Shown: positions 30,133 through 39,718 of the stretch, piece after piece
Layout: every line of letters starts with the position of its first letter
How positions within the stretch are numbered: position 1 is the first letter of the stretch
The notes under the pieces: generated by a model
The model's database searches: none
Told to the model about the DNA's origin: nothing
What the model saw: the letters and a program-made list of their open reading frames with translations, nothing else
Made by a program: the position numbers and the translations under genes
Source: an uncultured cyanobacterium
GTDB taxonomy: Bacteria; Cyanobacteriota; Cyanobacteriia; Cyanobacteriales; Nostocaceae
Length of the DNA: 64,000 nucleotides
Assembly (NCBI GenBank): GCA_963740315.1
Contig: CAVUDP010000001.1
Span: 320,001 to 384,000 of the forward strand
Direction: 5' to 3'

Positions 30133-31422
30133 ATGACTTTGACTATCCCTGGTATGAAGGGACAGATGGGTAATACTGAATTCTACCAAGCAACAATGAA
30201 GGTTCGCGAGTTAGTACAAGGAATCCGTCCTGCTAAAGACCTCGACGAATGGGCAAGCATGAGTATAGAGGATAGGTTACAACGCGAACCAGACATAAAG
30301 CGAATTGAGGCGGAAATTGCTCCATACATTGCAGAAGCAAAAGACCGTTTTTTCGGTGCAATGATTGTCCTTGTTTATAAAGGTAAAATTGACTTTGAAA
30401 GTCTTCAGAACTGGGTATCTAATAAAGCTCCGCGTGTTTACCAATTGCTGACAGATAAGATAGGTGTAATTACCATTGATGGTGGTTCTTTGATTATGCT
30501 TGATGGACAGCACCGTCTTCTAGCTCTTGAAAAGGTCGTCAAAAATGAGGTAAAAGGTGAATATCGGGAAGAAGTACCAAACGATGATGTTTGCGTTATT
30601 TTTATCGATCATGAGAGCAATGAAAAAACTCGCCGGATTTTTAATAAAGTAAATCGTTACGCTAAACCTACTAGTCGTGGTGATAATATCATCACCAGTG
30701 AAGATGACCGAAGCGCTATAATTGCGCGTAAATTGCTCAACGATGGCGCACCACTTGGTTTGAAGGTAAAAGGTAGCAGTGATGTGATTGTTGAATGGAA
30801 AAATAATACTATTCCAGCTAAAAGTCCAAAGTTGACAACCATAAGTGTTGTATATGAAACAGTAAAGCTTATTCTTTCTAATGAAGAAATACCACTTGAT
30901 CCAAATGCTCGACCTTCAGAAGAAGAAATTCAGCAATACTATGAGTTAGTAGAAAAGTTTTGGAATGTTGTTTTAGAGGGATTACAAGCTTATCAAGAAG
31001 CACTTGCTAACTGTAGCGAAATCCCACAAATGCGTAAAGATGACCATCCATACTCGCTGCTATTTAAGTCAGCAGCGCAGATTGCTTTGTTTAAAGGGCT
31101 AATTTCTGCAACAAGTAAAGACCGCTTAAGTTTAGAAGAAGCAATGCAAAGAGCCAATCAAATTGACTGGGCTATTTCCTCACCAATTTGGAAAAATGTG
31201 CTTGTAAATCCTGGTGGAAATATTATGAGAGCGCAAAAAGCACAAAGCTTAGGAGGAAAACTGATTGCTTATCTCATTGCTGCGGATAAGATGACGCAAA
31301 AAGAAATTGATGTTATTCAACGAGAATACAATAGCGCACAGGGAACAGATATTGTTGAGTTAATACCTTTACCTAAACCTATAGTAGAACCAGTTTTAGA
31401 AACAGTAGAAGCTTCTGCATAA
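30133..31422 (+). CDS. DGQHR-domain / DndB-like protein
   Basis: GQMGNTEFY, LQREPD..R, RFFGAMIV, LDGQHR, IFNKVNRYAKP. Confidence 0.88.
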   Translation: MTLTIPGMKGQMGNTEFYQATMKVRELVQGIRPAKDLDEWASMSIEDRLQREPDIKRIEAEIAPYIAEAKDRFFGAMIVLVYKGKIDFESLQNWVSNKAPRVYQLLTDKIGVITIDGGSLIMLDGQHRLLALEKVVKNEVKGEYREEVPNDDVCVIFIDHESNEKTRRIFNKVNRYAKPTSRGDNIITSEDDRSAIIARKLLNDGAPLGLKVKGSSDVIVEWKNNTIPAKSPKLTTISVVYETVKLILSNEEIPLDPNARPSEEEIQQYYELVEKFWNVVLEGLQAYQEALANCSEIPQMRKDDHPYSLLFKSAAQIALFKGLISATSKDRLSLEEAMQRANQIDWAISSPIWKNVLVNPGGNIMRAQKAQSLGGKLIAYLIAADKMTQKEIDVIQREYNSAQGTDIVELIPLPKPIVEPVLETVEASA

Positions 31423-31557
31423 TTTTATAAATTACTAGCTTCATATTTTTTAATTGCTTTTGCTGGGAACTGCTATTACTGTAGTTTTCAGCAAAAAAGA
31501 AAATGGCGATCGCTCTACAACACAAATTAATCTTTTTCTCGTAAGCTGCTGTGAATC

Positions 31558-31765
31558 GTAGGTTGGGTTAGACACGAATTGCAAATTAAACTTGAAACGA
31601 GAATTTATCTATCGTGTTGTAACCCAACATCACGGTTGTGAATAAACAATATTGTCCTTCCCCAAATGCAAGATATTGTATAACACCAATAATGAAATGT
31701 TGGGTTACGGCGCAATTTAATTACTAATAAACAACTATTTTCTCTGTGCGCCTAACCCAACCTAC
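31558..31765. repeat. GTAGGTTGGGTTA-type REP-like inverted element
   Basis: gtaggttgggttagacac ... cctaacccaacctac arms with internal aacccaaca/tgttgggtt. Confidence 0.7.
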
Positions 31766-31903
31766 TATCTATACAAGAATAATCTAAGCCCGTGCAGACG
31801 GGCTTTGTTCCTGTAGCCCCACTATAAGGAGGGTGAGGGCGTTTTTGTTAATTACGAGAAGTGCAATATTCAGAAAACCTCACCAATGCGATCGCGCTTC
31901 TCT

Positions 31904-31924
31904 TGATATCTTCAGATGATATCA
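31904..31924. promoter_or_regulatory. Inverted repeat TGATATC-N7-GATATCA, candidate HicB operator
   Basis: Arms conserved and spacer diverged in the second copy (33720-33740). Confidence 0.65.
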
Positions 31925-31947
31925 TCGACAAAAGCTGGAATCGAACT

Positions 31948-32286
31948 ATGATGACTTACAAAGGCTACTCAGCAATAATCGAAGTAGATACGGAAGCAGA
32001 AATACTATTTGGCAGAGTTATCGATATTAATGACGTAATAACATTTAAAGCGAAAACGATTGAAGAAGCGCGTCAAGAGTTTCATAATTCAGTTGATGAT
32101 TATCTTGCTTATTGTGAAGATTTAGGTGAAAAACCCGATAAACCTTTTTCTGGAAAACTTCCTTTTCGTACAACTCCAGAAAATCACCGTAAAATTTTTA
32201 TTGCAGCGAAAAAATCTGGTAAGAGTATTAATGCTTGGATGGATGAAGTATTAGCTAATGCCGCTGAAAAGTTTATTAATGCTTAA
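31948..32286 (+). CDS. hicB: HicB-family antitoxin (RNase H-like fold + RHH), copy 1
   Basis: MMTYKGY...SVDDYLAYC...PDKPFSGKLPFRTTPE...SINAW; start set by alignment with copy 2. Confidence 0.9.
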   Translation: MMTYKGYSAIIEVDTEAEILFGRVIDINDVITFKAKTIEEARQEFHNSVDDYLAYCEDLGEKPDKPFSGKLPFRTTPENHRKIFIAAKKSGKSINAWMDEVLANAAEKFINA

Positions 32287-32364
32287 TTGTAGGATGCTGT
32301 GACGGTTAAAAGCCATTGCGTCATAATAAAAAGTACTTCTATCCTTATTCATAATCAAAAAATC

Positions 32365-32631
32365 ATGAATATTCAACTCAAACCCGAAGATGAGCAATTT
32401 ATTCAAGCGCAAATTGCTAGAGGTACATATGAAAATCCAGAAGAAGTTATTAGTAAAGCACTAAAACTACTAGAAGAGTGTGATAAAGACTATCAAAAAT
32501 GGGTTGAAGAAACTCGTGAAAAAGTAGAAGTCGCTGTTGAGCAATTAGACAGAGGTGAAGGTATTGATGGGGAAGTTGTAGTTGAGCGACTGCGAGAGAA
32601 GCTACGTAAAGCGAGAGATAATCAATCATGA
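32365..32631 (+). CDS. parD: ParD-like antitoxin
   Basis: MNIQLKPEDEQFIQAQIARGTYENPEEVISKALKLL; ATGA overlap with toxin. Confidence 0.85.
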   Translation: MNIQLKPEDEQFIQAQIARGTYENPEEVISKALKLLEECDKDYQKWVEETREKVEVAVEQLDRGEGIDGEVVVERLREKLRKARDNQS

Positions 32632-32915
32632 AACAACATACTATCTCCCCAGAGGCAAATAAGGATTTAGAAGAAATTATTGATTATTTTGCTACTCATA
32701 ATATAGAGGCTGGGGAGCGTTTTATTGATGAGTTTAATAAAAAATGTAGATATCTTGCAAATTTTCCTAATATGGGACGTAGTTATTCAGATATTAAAGA
32801 TTATCTACGGGGTGTATCTCTAAATGGTTACATTATTTTTTACCGAGTTACGGATATTGGAATTGAAATTTTACGTGTAGTTAGTGGTTATAGAGATTAT
32901 CCGTCTTTATTTTAA
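32628..32915 (+). CDS. parE: RelE/ParE-family toxin
   Basis: ISPEANKDLEEI, FPNMGR, YIIFYRV, IEILRVVSG. Confidence 0.9.
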   Translation: MKQHTISPEANKDLEEIIDYFATHNIEAGERFIDEFNKKCRYLANFPNMGRSYSDIKDYLRGVSLNGYIIFYRVTDIGIEILRVVSGYRDYPSLF

Positions 32916-32946
32916 GGAGTTATTAACATAGGAGAAGCAGAACAAA

Positions 32947-33159
32947 ATGAAACTCCGCTACAAAATAATCTTCTACTACAGTCAAGAAGACGAAGCATTT
33001 ATTGCAGAAGTACCAGAATTACCCGGTTGTACTGCTGATGGTGAAACTTATCAAGAAGCGTTGAAAAATGTAGAAGTTATTATGCAAGAGTGGATTGAAA
33101 CTGCTGAAGATAATGAACGTACTATTCCTCAACCAAAGCGGGGTTTGATGTCGGCTTGA
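32947..33159 (+). CDS. Short HicB-like antitoxin (no DNA-binding domain)
   Basis: FIAEVPELPGCTADGETYQEALKN. Confidence 0.88.
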   Translation: MKLRYKIIFYYSQEDEAFIAEVPELPGCTADGETYQEALKNVEVIMQEWIETAEDNERTIPQPKRGLMSA

Positions 33160-33176
33160 TACGATTTTTAATACAT

Positions 33177-33338
33177 TTATTCATTTAAACTCGCAACTTC
33201 CAACCAACCTTCGATAGCATCTTCGAGCATTTCTAACAAATGGTTGTAACTATTACCCCAAGTGTGACACCCAGGTAAAGCTGGTACAGAAGCGCACCAT
33301 ACATCATCTTCTTGCCAGATTACCGCTTTAATTTTCAT
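33177..33338 (-). CDS. Short HicB-like antitoxin, 53 aa (not in ORF track, possibly truncated)
   Basis: MKIKAVIWQEDDVWCASVPALPGCHTWGNSYNHLLEMLEDAIEGWLEVASLNE. Confidence 0.8.
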   Translation of the reverse strand: MKIKAVIWQEDDVWCASVPALPGCHTWGNSYNHLLEMLEDAIEGWLEVASLNE

Positions 33339-33507
33339 TGTCTAAAAAATCGTTAATTTCTTGTTTTTCCCTCTCTCTAAAATCCTGAATATTCTTTAAA
33401 GTGCTTTCCCAAAATTCTCCTTTAAACTTACCAGCAAGCTTTGCCAAAGGATGTCCGGGAATTGGAATATTCTGATTATTTTTTATCGATGACTTGTTAG
33501 TTGTCAT
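33328..33507 (-). CDS. Small antitoxin-like protein (59 aa)
   Basis: MTTNK...HPLAKLAGKFKGEFWESTLKNIQDFRERE; resembles small partners of PIN toxins; overlaps the next gene start. Confidence 0.55.
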   Translation of the reverse strand: MTTNKSSIKNNQNIPIPGHPLAKLAGKFKGEFWESTLKNIQDFREREKQEINDFLDNEN

Positions 33508-33583
33508 GAGAGTTGCAATTATTAAGTATTCACTATTAGCGGTGCGCGATCGCTTAATCTGTAACCAACCGCTACACCAAAAC

Positions 33584-34102
33584 AATCTTAGCCCGTGCAG
33601 ACGGGCTTTGTTCCTGTAGCCCCAGGTTTCTAACCTGCGGGCGTTTTTATTGATTACCAGAAGTGCAAGATTTGGCAAACCTCACCAATGCGATCGCTTA
33701 ATCTGTAACGCACTTCTATTGATATCGTCACATGATATCATCTGAAAAAGCATAAATCGAACCATGATGACTTACAAAGGCTATACAGCAATCATTGAAG
33801 TAGATACAGAAGCATCGATTTTATTTGGCAGAGTTATCGATATTAATGACGTAATAACTTTTAAAGCGAAAACTGTTGAAGAAGCGCGTCAAGAGTTCCA
33901 TAATTCAGTTAATGATTATCTTGCTTATTGCGAAGATGTAGGTGAAGAACCCGAAAAACCTTTTTCTGGTAAACTTCCTTTCCGCACAACTCCAGAAAAT
34001 CACCGTAAGATTTTTATTGCAGCGAAAAAATCCGGTAAAAGTATTAATGCTTGGATGGATGAAGTATTAGCGAATGCTGCTGAAAAGTTTATTAATGCTT
34101 AG
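33584..34102 (+). repeat. ~500-bp direct repeat, copy 2 (leader + hicB)
   Basis: Homologous to 31781-32286. Confidence 0.9.
33764..34102 (+). CDS. hicB: HicB-family antitoxin, copy 2
   Basis: 112 aa, near-identical to 31948-32286. Confidence 0.9.
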   Translation: MMTYKGYTAIIEVDTEASILFGRVIDINDVITFKAKTVEEARQEFHNSVNDYLAYCEDVGEEPEKPFSGKLPFRTTPENHRKIFIAAKKSGKSINAWMDEVLANAAEKFINA

Positions 34103-34228
34103 GATTAGGTTGGGTTGGACACCGTAAAGCCAACCTACAATCTAAAAGCCATTAATCAAAAAAATTCAGCAATTCTATCTGGTTATGATACCCTATCTGC
34201 AATTAGTTATTATATCTAAGTATTCAAA

Positions 34229-35308
34229 ATGACAAAATTGCGAGTAGGCTTACTTTTTGGTGGTCGTTCTGGAGAACATGAAGTTTCTATTGTTTCTGCC
34301 ATTGCGATCGCAGGAGCTTTAAGCGCGGAGGAAAACGCCAATAAGTACGAAGTATTGCCTTTTTATATTAAAAAAGATGGTAGTTGGCAAGGTTCCGATG
34401 TCGCACGTCAGGTTTTATCTTCCGGAGTTGCATTGTCTTGTGATTCTAAGTCTAATCTTTGGCAATTTCCAGCAGAAGCGGAAACAGTAGATGTGTGGTT
34501 TCCCATTTTGCACGGACCAAACGGTGAAGATGGTACTATTCAAGGATTGTTGAGCTTAATGCAAGTTCCTTTTGTTGGTTCTGGGGTACTTGGTTCGGCT
34601 GCGGGTATGGATAAAATTGGTATGAAATCCATATTTGCTCAAGCCGGATTGCCGCAAGTTAAGTATATGGCGCTAACTAGAGAGGAAATTTCGTCAAAGT
34701 CAAGTATTTCTCCCAAATGCGATGACATTGAGCAAACTTTGGGTTATCCTTGTTTCGTCAAACCTGCTAACTTAGGTTCGTCCGTTGGTATTGCCAAAGT
34801 GCGATCGCGCTCGGAATTAGAAGCCGCTTTGGATAGTGCGGCGAGTTATGACCGGAGAATTATTGTTGAAGCTGGAGTTATTGCTAGAGAAGTTGAATGC
34901 GCTGTTTTAGGGAATGATAGTCCCAAAGCTTCTGTCGTCGGTGAAATCACTTACGAAAGTGAATTTTATGATTACGAAACTAAATATACTGACGGTAAAG
35001 CAGATTTACTGATACCCGCACCAATCCCCGATGCCGTAATTCAGCAAATTCAAGAGAAAGCAATACAGGCATTTACTACTCTTGACTGCGCCGGATTAGC
35101 ACGAGTAGACTTCTTCTATGTTGAAGCGACAGGAGAAGTTTTAATCAATGAAATCAATACTTTACCCGGTTTTACCGCAACGAGTATGTATCCCCAACTT
35201 TGGGCTTCGAGTGGTGTTTCTTTCCCAGAATTAGTCGATAAACTTATTCAATTCGCTTTAGAAAGAAATTCCGCTCCTACTAAAAGCGAGGTGGCATTAA
35301 GCACTTAA
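34229..35308 (+). CDS. ddl: D-alanine--D-alanine ligase
   Basis: [38 protein letters not shown]. Confidence 0.97.
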   Translation: MTKLRVGLLFGGRSGEHEVSIVSAIAIAGALSAEENANKYEVLPFYIKKDGSWQGSDVARQVLSSGVALSCDSKSNLWQFPAEAETVDVWFPILHGPNGEDGTIQGLLSLMQVPFVGSGVLGSAAGMDKIGMKSIFAQAGLPQVKYMALTREEISSKSSISPKCDDIEQTLGYPCFVKPANLGSSVGIAKVRSRSELEAALDSAASYDRRIIVEAGVIAREVECAVLGNDSPKASVVGEITYESEFYDYETKYTDGKADLLIPAPIPDAVIQQIQEKAIQAFTTLDCAGLARVDFFYVEATGEVLINEINTLPGFTATSMYPQLWASSGVSFPELVDKLIQFALERNSAPTKSEVALST

Positions 35309-35447
35309 ATTTTAGCAATTATTAACAAAATAAGTAGTCTAAGTTTCTTATAAACACTACTTAAATCTTCAAATTGATTACGGATACGCCAAACCCCTTT
35401 ACTCCAGTACAATCAGTATCTTGAGAAGTACAAATCTGAAAAAAGTT

Positions 35448-36137
35448 ATGGAAAGCACTCAAAGCACTCAGAGTGTACAGCAGGAGTCGCCTGAAGTGAA
35501 AGAGTCCGCACCCATTTCAGAAGGCAGTAAACCGACAAACAAAGTAAATAGCTTTAAAAATGCAACGATATATTTATTCATGCATTATCCCTGGCTATTT
35601 TTGGCTGGTTTGTTATTAATGTTTTTGGGAGGCGGTGCCTTATCGATATACAGTTTGGGTTATGTGGATGAAACGATAAAACGTAAAGATTCGGAAACAT
35701 TGCAGGCTGAGGTAGTATCGCCAAAGGTAGCTGCTGAAACTGTAGAAAACAATGAAAATCCCATACCTTTATGGATGGTAGCCGCTATAGCTCTTAGCTG
35801 TGCTAGTGGATGCTTAGTAATTTTACGACTCATTAATCGTCCAAAGCAAAAGCAAAAAATTAAAAGACGTATTGTTAATCGCGATGAAATACGTTTAGCA
35901 CAGCAGCGTTACCAAACATTGGAAGCACGTCTACCAAAGAAAAGCCCCGTTCGCGTACCTCAACGGCGCAGAACTCCTATAATGGCTATGCCTCCGCAAA
36001 AACCAAGACCAAAACCTGTTGTAACGGTTTTACCTCCGGAGCAAAGTTTTGAGCAAAATCAAAAAAATCAAGATTCTTTGGCTGATATATTGGATATTCG
36101 CAAGCAAACTTCTTTGTCTTCAATGTTACGTAAGTAG
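35448..36137 (+). CDS. Hypothetical two-TM protein with basic/Pro-rich tail
   Basis: Two hydrophobic segments; ends LADILDIRKQTSLSSMLRK; start placed at the ATG. Confidence 0.75.
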   Translation: MESTQSTQSVQQESPEVKESAPISEGSKPTNKVNSFKNATIYLFMHYPWLFLAGLLLMFLGGGALSIYSLGYVDETIKRKDSETLQAEVVSPKVAAETVENNENPIPLWMVAAIALSCASGCLVILRLINRPKQKQKIKRRIVNRDEIRLAQQRYQTLEARLPKKSPVRVPQRRRTPIMAMPPQKPRPKPVVTVLPPEQSFEQNQKNQDSLADILDIRKQTSLSSMLRK

Positions 36138-36219
36138 TAATTAGTTAAATTCGACTAACATCAAAGCATCGCTTCGTTCTTAATTAGGCATTAAGGGTTA
36201 AAAATAAAAGATTCTTGTA

Positions 36220-36256
36220 CCACGCTTCCGATTTACTATCGAAATGCGTGTTTTTT
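36220..36256 (+). terminator. Intrinsic terminator candidate
   Basis: cacgcttccgat/atcgaaatgcgtg followed by a T run. Confidence 0.55.
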
Positions 36257-36714
36257 GTATGCGGGGGGGCAGGTTGTTATATTATTTCACCCCATTCTCG
36301 ATATATATAAGAGATTTCTACCAGAATTTGATTAATAAGCTGTAGGGTGCGTTGTCGCAAAGCATAACGTACCATAATGGCTGCTATACAAATCAAAATA
36401 ATTCGATATCTATTTTGCAACCTGTCTATATGAATGGTTTTTAATCCAAAATAGATTAAGCAATTAACCGTTTTCTTGCTTGCTCTTTGAAATAATTTTT
36501 AAAACCTGCCAAAATGGCAACCTACTTGCAATTTACTCAGTTATCTTTAATCAAGATAAACGACTTCAAGGGTGTTGTTATCGGGGTGTATCACTTTAAT
36601 AAACGACTGTGATACACTTTTTACCGCTAAATTATCTATTTCTGAATGGGATATATATCCTACCAAATAAAATAGATAATTGTCAATCCAAAATATTAAA
36701 AAAATTAGGTTTCG

Positions 36715-36875
36715 TTTGCCGCATTAGGAATACCAACCGCGTACAAATGTTGCGTTGACCCAAAAACAGCCCCCAAAATCAAGGCGATGTTTGTACGTAT
36801 TCCGAAACGCTTCAGCGGCAAATGTAAGAATGGGAGTGAATGCTTGTGGTATGCATCCTCCCATTCTTATTTTTT
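36715..36875 (+). ncRNA. Candidate structured ncRNA: long hairpin plus terminator
   Basis: tttgccgc/gcggcaaa, ggaata/tattcc, cgtacaaat/gtttgtacg, gttgcgttga/tcaaggcgat; then taagaatgggag/ctcccattctta + T6. Confidence 0.5.
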
Positions 36876-36942
36876 AGGGTAATAGGTAATAGGTAATAGG
36901 TAAAAGTTAACTTTTTTCTGTTCCCTACTTCCTATTCCCTTT

Positions 36943-37878
36943 CTATAAAAAGTTTGTATTTCTTAAAAAATCAATTGTTGCTATTTTGATAGCATCTGCT
37001 GCACCGCTTGAGGCATCGTGATGGCAGTTAGGAATAATTTTAAATTGAGATGATGAAAGAAGTTGATGCAGCTTTTTTCCATGTTCAAGAGGAAACCAAC
37101 TATCTTGTTCTCCCCACATAATTAATGTAGGACATTCAATATTAATTAAATTATCCTGAATTTTACTCAACCAATTAGGTTGATTTTTTTGAGAATTATC
37201 AATTTCTCGTGCAGCAATTTGTAATTCTTGAGCAACTTTAAAAAAAGTACCGGGGAACTCAATATACGGGTAAGTTATCCAGAATACATCTTCCTTTGTC
37301 AAAATTGAAGGGTCAAATAGTACGTTACGCCTTTCTATTGCCATGATTTCTCTGATCGATGGTGCGAAAAGATAGCTTAAACGTAACTTGTCAATTACTT
37401 CGATTAATTCTAGAGGAGTTTGAGCCAGTACAGACATTCCCCAATGAGGAAGTTTTTTTGCGAATACTGGAACATTGATAACCATTAATCGAGAAACCAA
37501 TTGAGGATATTCTTCGGCAAAAGCCAGAGCAACTAAGGCTCCTAAAGATTCTGCTAAAATTGCAACTGGTCGATCGCATAATGCTGTAATAACTCGCTGC
37601 AATTCAACTACCTGATGAGCCGTAGTTTCTTCGCGATGTAAAGGTTTTTCTGAAAACCCAAACCCTTTAGCATCAAAACAAATGACTCTAAAATATTTAG
37701 ATAACGGTTCGATCAGATGTCGCCAATTATAGCTCCAGCTACCAATACCATGTAGTAAAAATAAAGGATTACCCGTACCTTTTTCACCATAAGCAATTTG
37801 TACGGGATAACCTTGACTATCAGTAATTGTTATTTTCTGTTTTCCTTGAGGAAAAGTATTTTGCCACCAGTCTTTCAT
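36943..37878 (-). CDS. Alpha/beta-fold hydrolase
   Basis: LLHGIG, DAKGFGFS, AESLGA nucleophile elbow, WGEQD, CHH. Confidence 0.9.
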   Translation of the reverse strand: MKDWWQNTFPQGKQKITITDSQGYPVQIAYGEKGTGNPLFLLHGIGSWSYNWRHLIEPLSKYFRVICFDAKGFGFSEKPLHREETTAHQVVELQRVITALCDRPVAILAESLGALVALAFAEEYPQLVSRLMVINVPVFAKKLPHWGMSVLAQTPLELIEVIDKLRLSYLFAPSIREIMAIERRNVLFDPSILTKEDVFWITYPYIEFPGTFFKVAQELQIAAREIDNSQKNQPNWLSKIQDNLINIECPTLIMWGEQDSWFPLEHGKKLHQLLSSSQFKIIPNCHHDASSGAADAIKIATIDFLRNTNFL

Positions 37879-38027
37879 ATCAGTTATCAGTTATCAGTTA
37901 CCAGTTACCAGTTACCAGTTACCAGTTATAAATTATCAATAGGGAATTAGGCATCGGAAGATGGGGAGATGATAGTGAATTCATAGCTCCTAACAACTAA
38001 CCACTAACAACTAACCACTAACAACTA
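37879..38027. repeat. Heptamer short tandem repeats (STRR-like)
   Basis: (CAGTTAT/C)n and (CTAACAA/CTAACCA)n; similar tracts near 9070, 13791, 20813, 40227, 42326, 44892, 45270, 53589, 55441, 59161 and 59729. Confidence 0.9.
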
Positions 38028-38531
38028 ACTACCAGTAATAATTCCCCAAATAAATCTTGTCACAATTACAGAAAATGTGACTAAACTAATAGCAAGTAAT
38101 AATAATACCGCTAAAAGTAAAAATACAAACCAAGTATCTGCTCTTTTCTTTTGACTGGGAAACTTCAAATGTTCTTCTAATAACTTAATATTATGCTCGT
38201 TAGATTTCCAAGCAAAATCAAAGAAATCTCCTAAAACAGGTATTATGCCAATCAAGGCATCAATAATAATATTTAAAGTCATTCTGCCTAAAGTTGCTTG
38301 AGAGGCACCCAATCGTGCGGCTTCTAAAACAATATATGCCGAAAGCAGAACACCTAAAAAATCACCGCCTGCTGGTAGCAATCCTAATATTGGATCTAAA
38401 CCTACACCGATTCCGGTTCCGGGAATAGTAATAGCTTTATCTAATATGCGACTAAAAGTACGCAAACGCTTTAAAGTTGGTGCTTTAGTATCGGGATTTA
38501 GAGAATAAAACTGAGAGGGTGGCAAAGACAT
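38025..38531 (-). CDS. DUF4112-family membrane protein
   Basis: IPGTGIGVGLDPILGLLPAGGD, GIIPVLGDFFDFAWKSN. Confidence 0.88.
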   Translation of the reverse strand: MSLPPSQFYSLNPDTKAPTLKRLRTFSRILDKAITIPGTGIGVGLDPILGLLPAGGDFLGVLLSAYIVLEAARLGASQATLGRMTLNIIIDALIGIIPVLGDFFDFAWKSNEHNIKLLEEHLKFPSQKKRADTWFVFLLLAVLLLLAISLVTFSVIVTRFIWGIITGS

Positions 38532-38625
38532 GGGTGGGATGACTTTTATATGATGAAATCGCTGGTTCTCTTACTGTTATAGTTGAATATTGTGCAATGT
38601 TGCAGCGGATATGTAGTTTGAAACA

Positions 38626-39519
38626 CTATTCAATTTCTTTAACCGAATTTGGAGACATACTTTCCCCTACCGTAACATTTAATTGATTGCCTATTAATAT
38701 TACAGCAGCAGTCATATAAAGCCATAACATAAGCACGATCACAGTACCAATAGCGCCATATGCTTTATTATAATTGCCGAAATTTGCTACATAAGTTCCG
38801 AATAAATTTGATACAAATGCCCAGCAAAAAGCGGAGAGTATTGCTCCGGGCATAATCGGCGTTCCTTTTTTCCAACTACTCGGACCATAACGATAAATAA
38901 AACCGAAAGTAAAAGCTACAATTACTAATGCTAAAGGGTAACGCATCAAATTCCATAGGTAGGATAGAAAATTTAAATAACCAGCAGTATTATCGGTTAC
39001 AAACTTCAAAACTTCTCCACTAATAAATACTAAAACGCAAGCTATTAGTAGAAGGATAATAGTACCAATTGTTAATCCTAAAGATACGAGTTTCGCTTTC
39101 CAAAATGGGCGTATCTTATCTGGAGGTGTTTGTTGAATTTGGTCTAAAGCAGCCATTGCGGTACTAATTGCACCGGAAGAAGTCCAAAGTGCAGCGACAA
39201 AACTTAAAGAAAACAAACCGCCATTTTTTGATTTAGCAATTTCATTTCTGGCAAATTCAGTAATTAAATCTAAAGCATCTTTAGGTGCGACTTGGCTAAG
39301 CTCTTGCGCTATTTCCTTAAATATGTTTTGCAAACCTTCTTCTAATAAACCAATTGCTGTCAAAATAGCAAGAATCGCTGGAAATAGAGATAACATCGCG
39401 TTATAAGCAATTTCGGAAGCTAACCCTAAGAGTCGCCGTTTTCCTACATTCACAACAATTTGTTTAAGAGACTTAAAACTCAGGTGACGAAAAAATCTCA
39501 AAAAGCGAGGTTTAATCAT
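38626..39519 (-). CDS. YihY/virulence factor BrkB family protein
   Basis: IAYNAMLSLFP, YNKAYGAIGTVIVLMLWLY. Confidence 0.92.
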   Translation of the reverse strand: MIKPRFLRFFRHLSFKSLKQIVVNVGKRRLLGLASEIAYNAMLSLFPAILAILTAIGLLEEGLQNIFKEIAQELSQVAPKDALDLITEFARNEIAKSKNGGLFSLSFVAALWTSSGAISTAMAALDQIQQTPPDKIRPFWKAKLVSLGLTIGTIILLLIACVLVFISGEVLKFVTDNTAGYLNFLSYLWNLMRYPLALVIVAFTFGFIYRYGPSSWKKGTPIMPGAILSAFCWAFVSNLFGTYVANFGNYNKAYGAIGTVIVLMLWLYMTAAVILIGNQLNVTVGESMSPNSVKEIE

Positions 39520-39718
39520 GGTAGGGTATCAAGTATCAATTTTCAATTATCAATTAATACAGGGCAATTACCAATTAACGCAAGGTGCTAACGGTAAAGT
39601 AAGACATCGGACAACAGATACATTTTTTCACATCCTCATCACCTCATCCCCTGATTTCTCCATCCCTTTGCTGCCAAGTATGATTAAATGTGGATGTATT
39701 GATTTTTATTAAGCAAAA

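Larger units (their letters stand above)
31781..32286 (+). repeat. ~500-bp direct repeat, copy 1 (leader + hicB)
   Basis: Homologous to 33584-34102. Confidence 0.9.

Noticed and set aside
30133..31422. Complete DNA phosphorothioation (dnd) system
   Set aside because: Only a DndB-like gene is present; no dndA/C/D/E or ssp genes are in the window.
31861..31947. N-terminal extension of hicB copy 1, or a hidden hicA
   Set aside because: The region aligns with the non-coding leader of copy 2 and contains the operator palindrome.
33508..33678. Longer 116-aa version of the 33328 ORF
   Set aside because: The extension runs through repeat and leader DNA duplicated at 31781; the ATG at 33507 is more plausible.
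36715..36822. 6S RNA or SRP RNA
   Set aside because: Too short for 6S with no large central bubble, and it lacks the SRP domain IV motif; kept only as an unassigned candidate.
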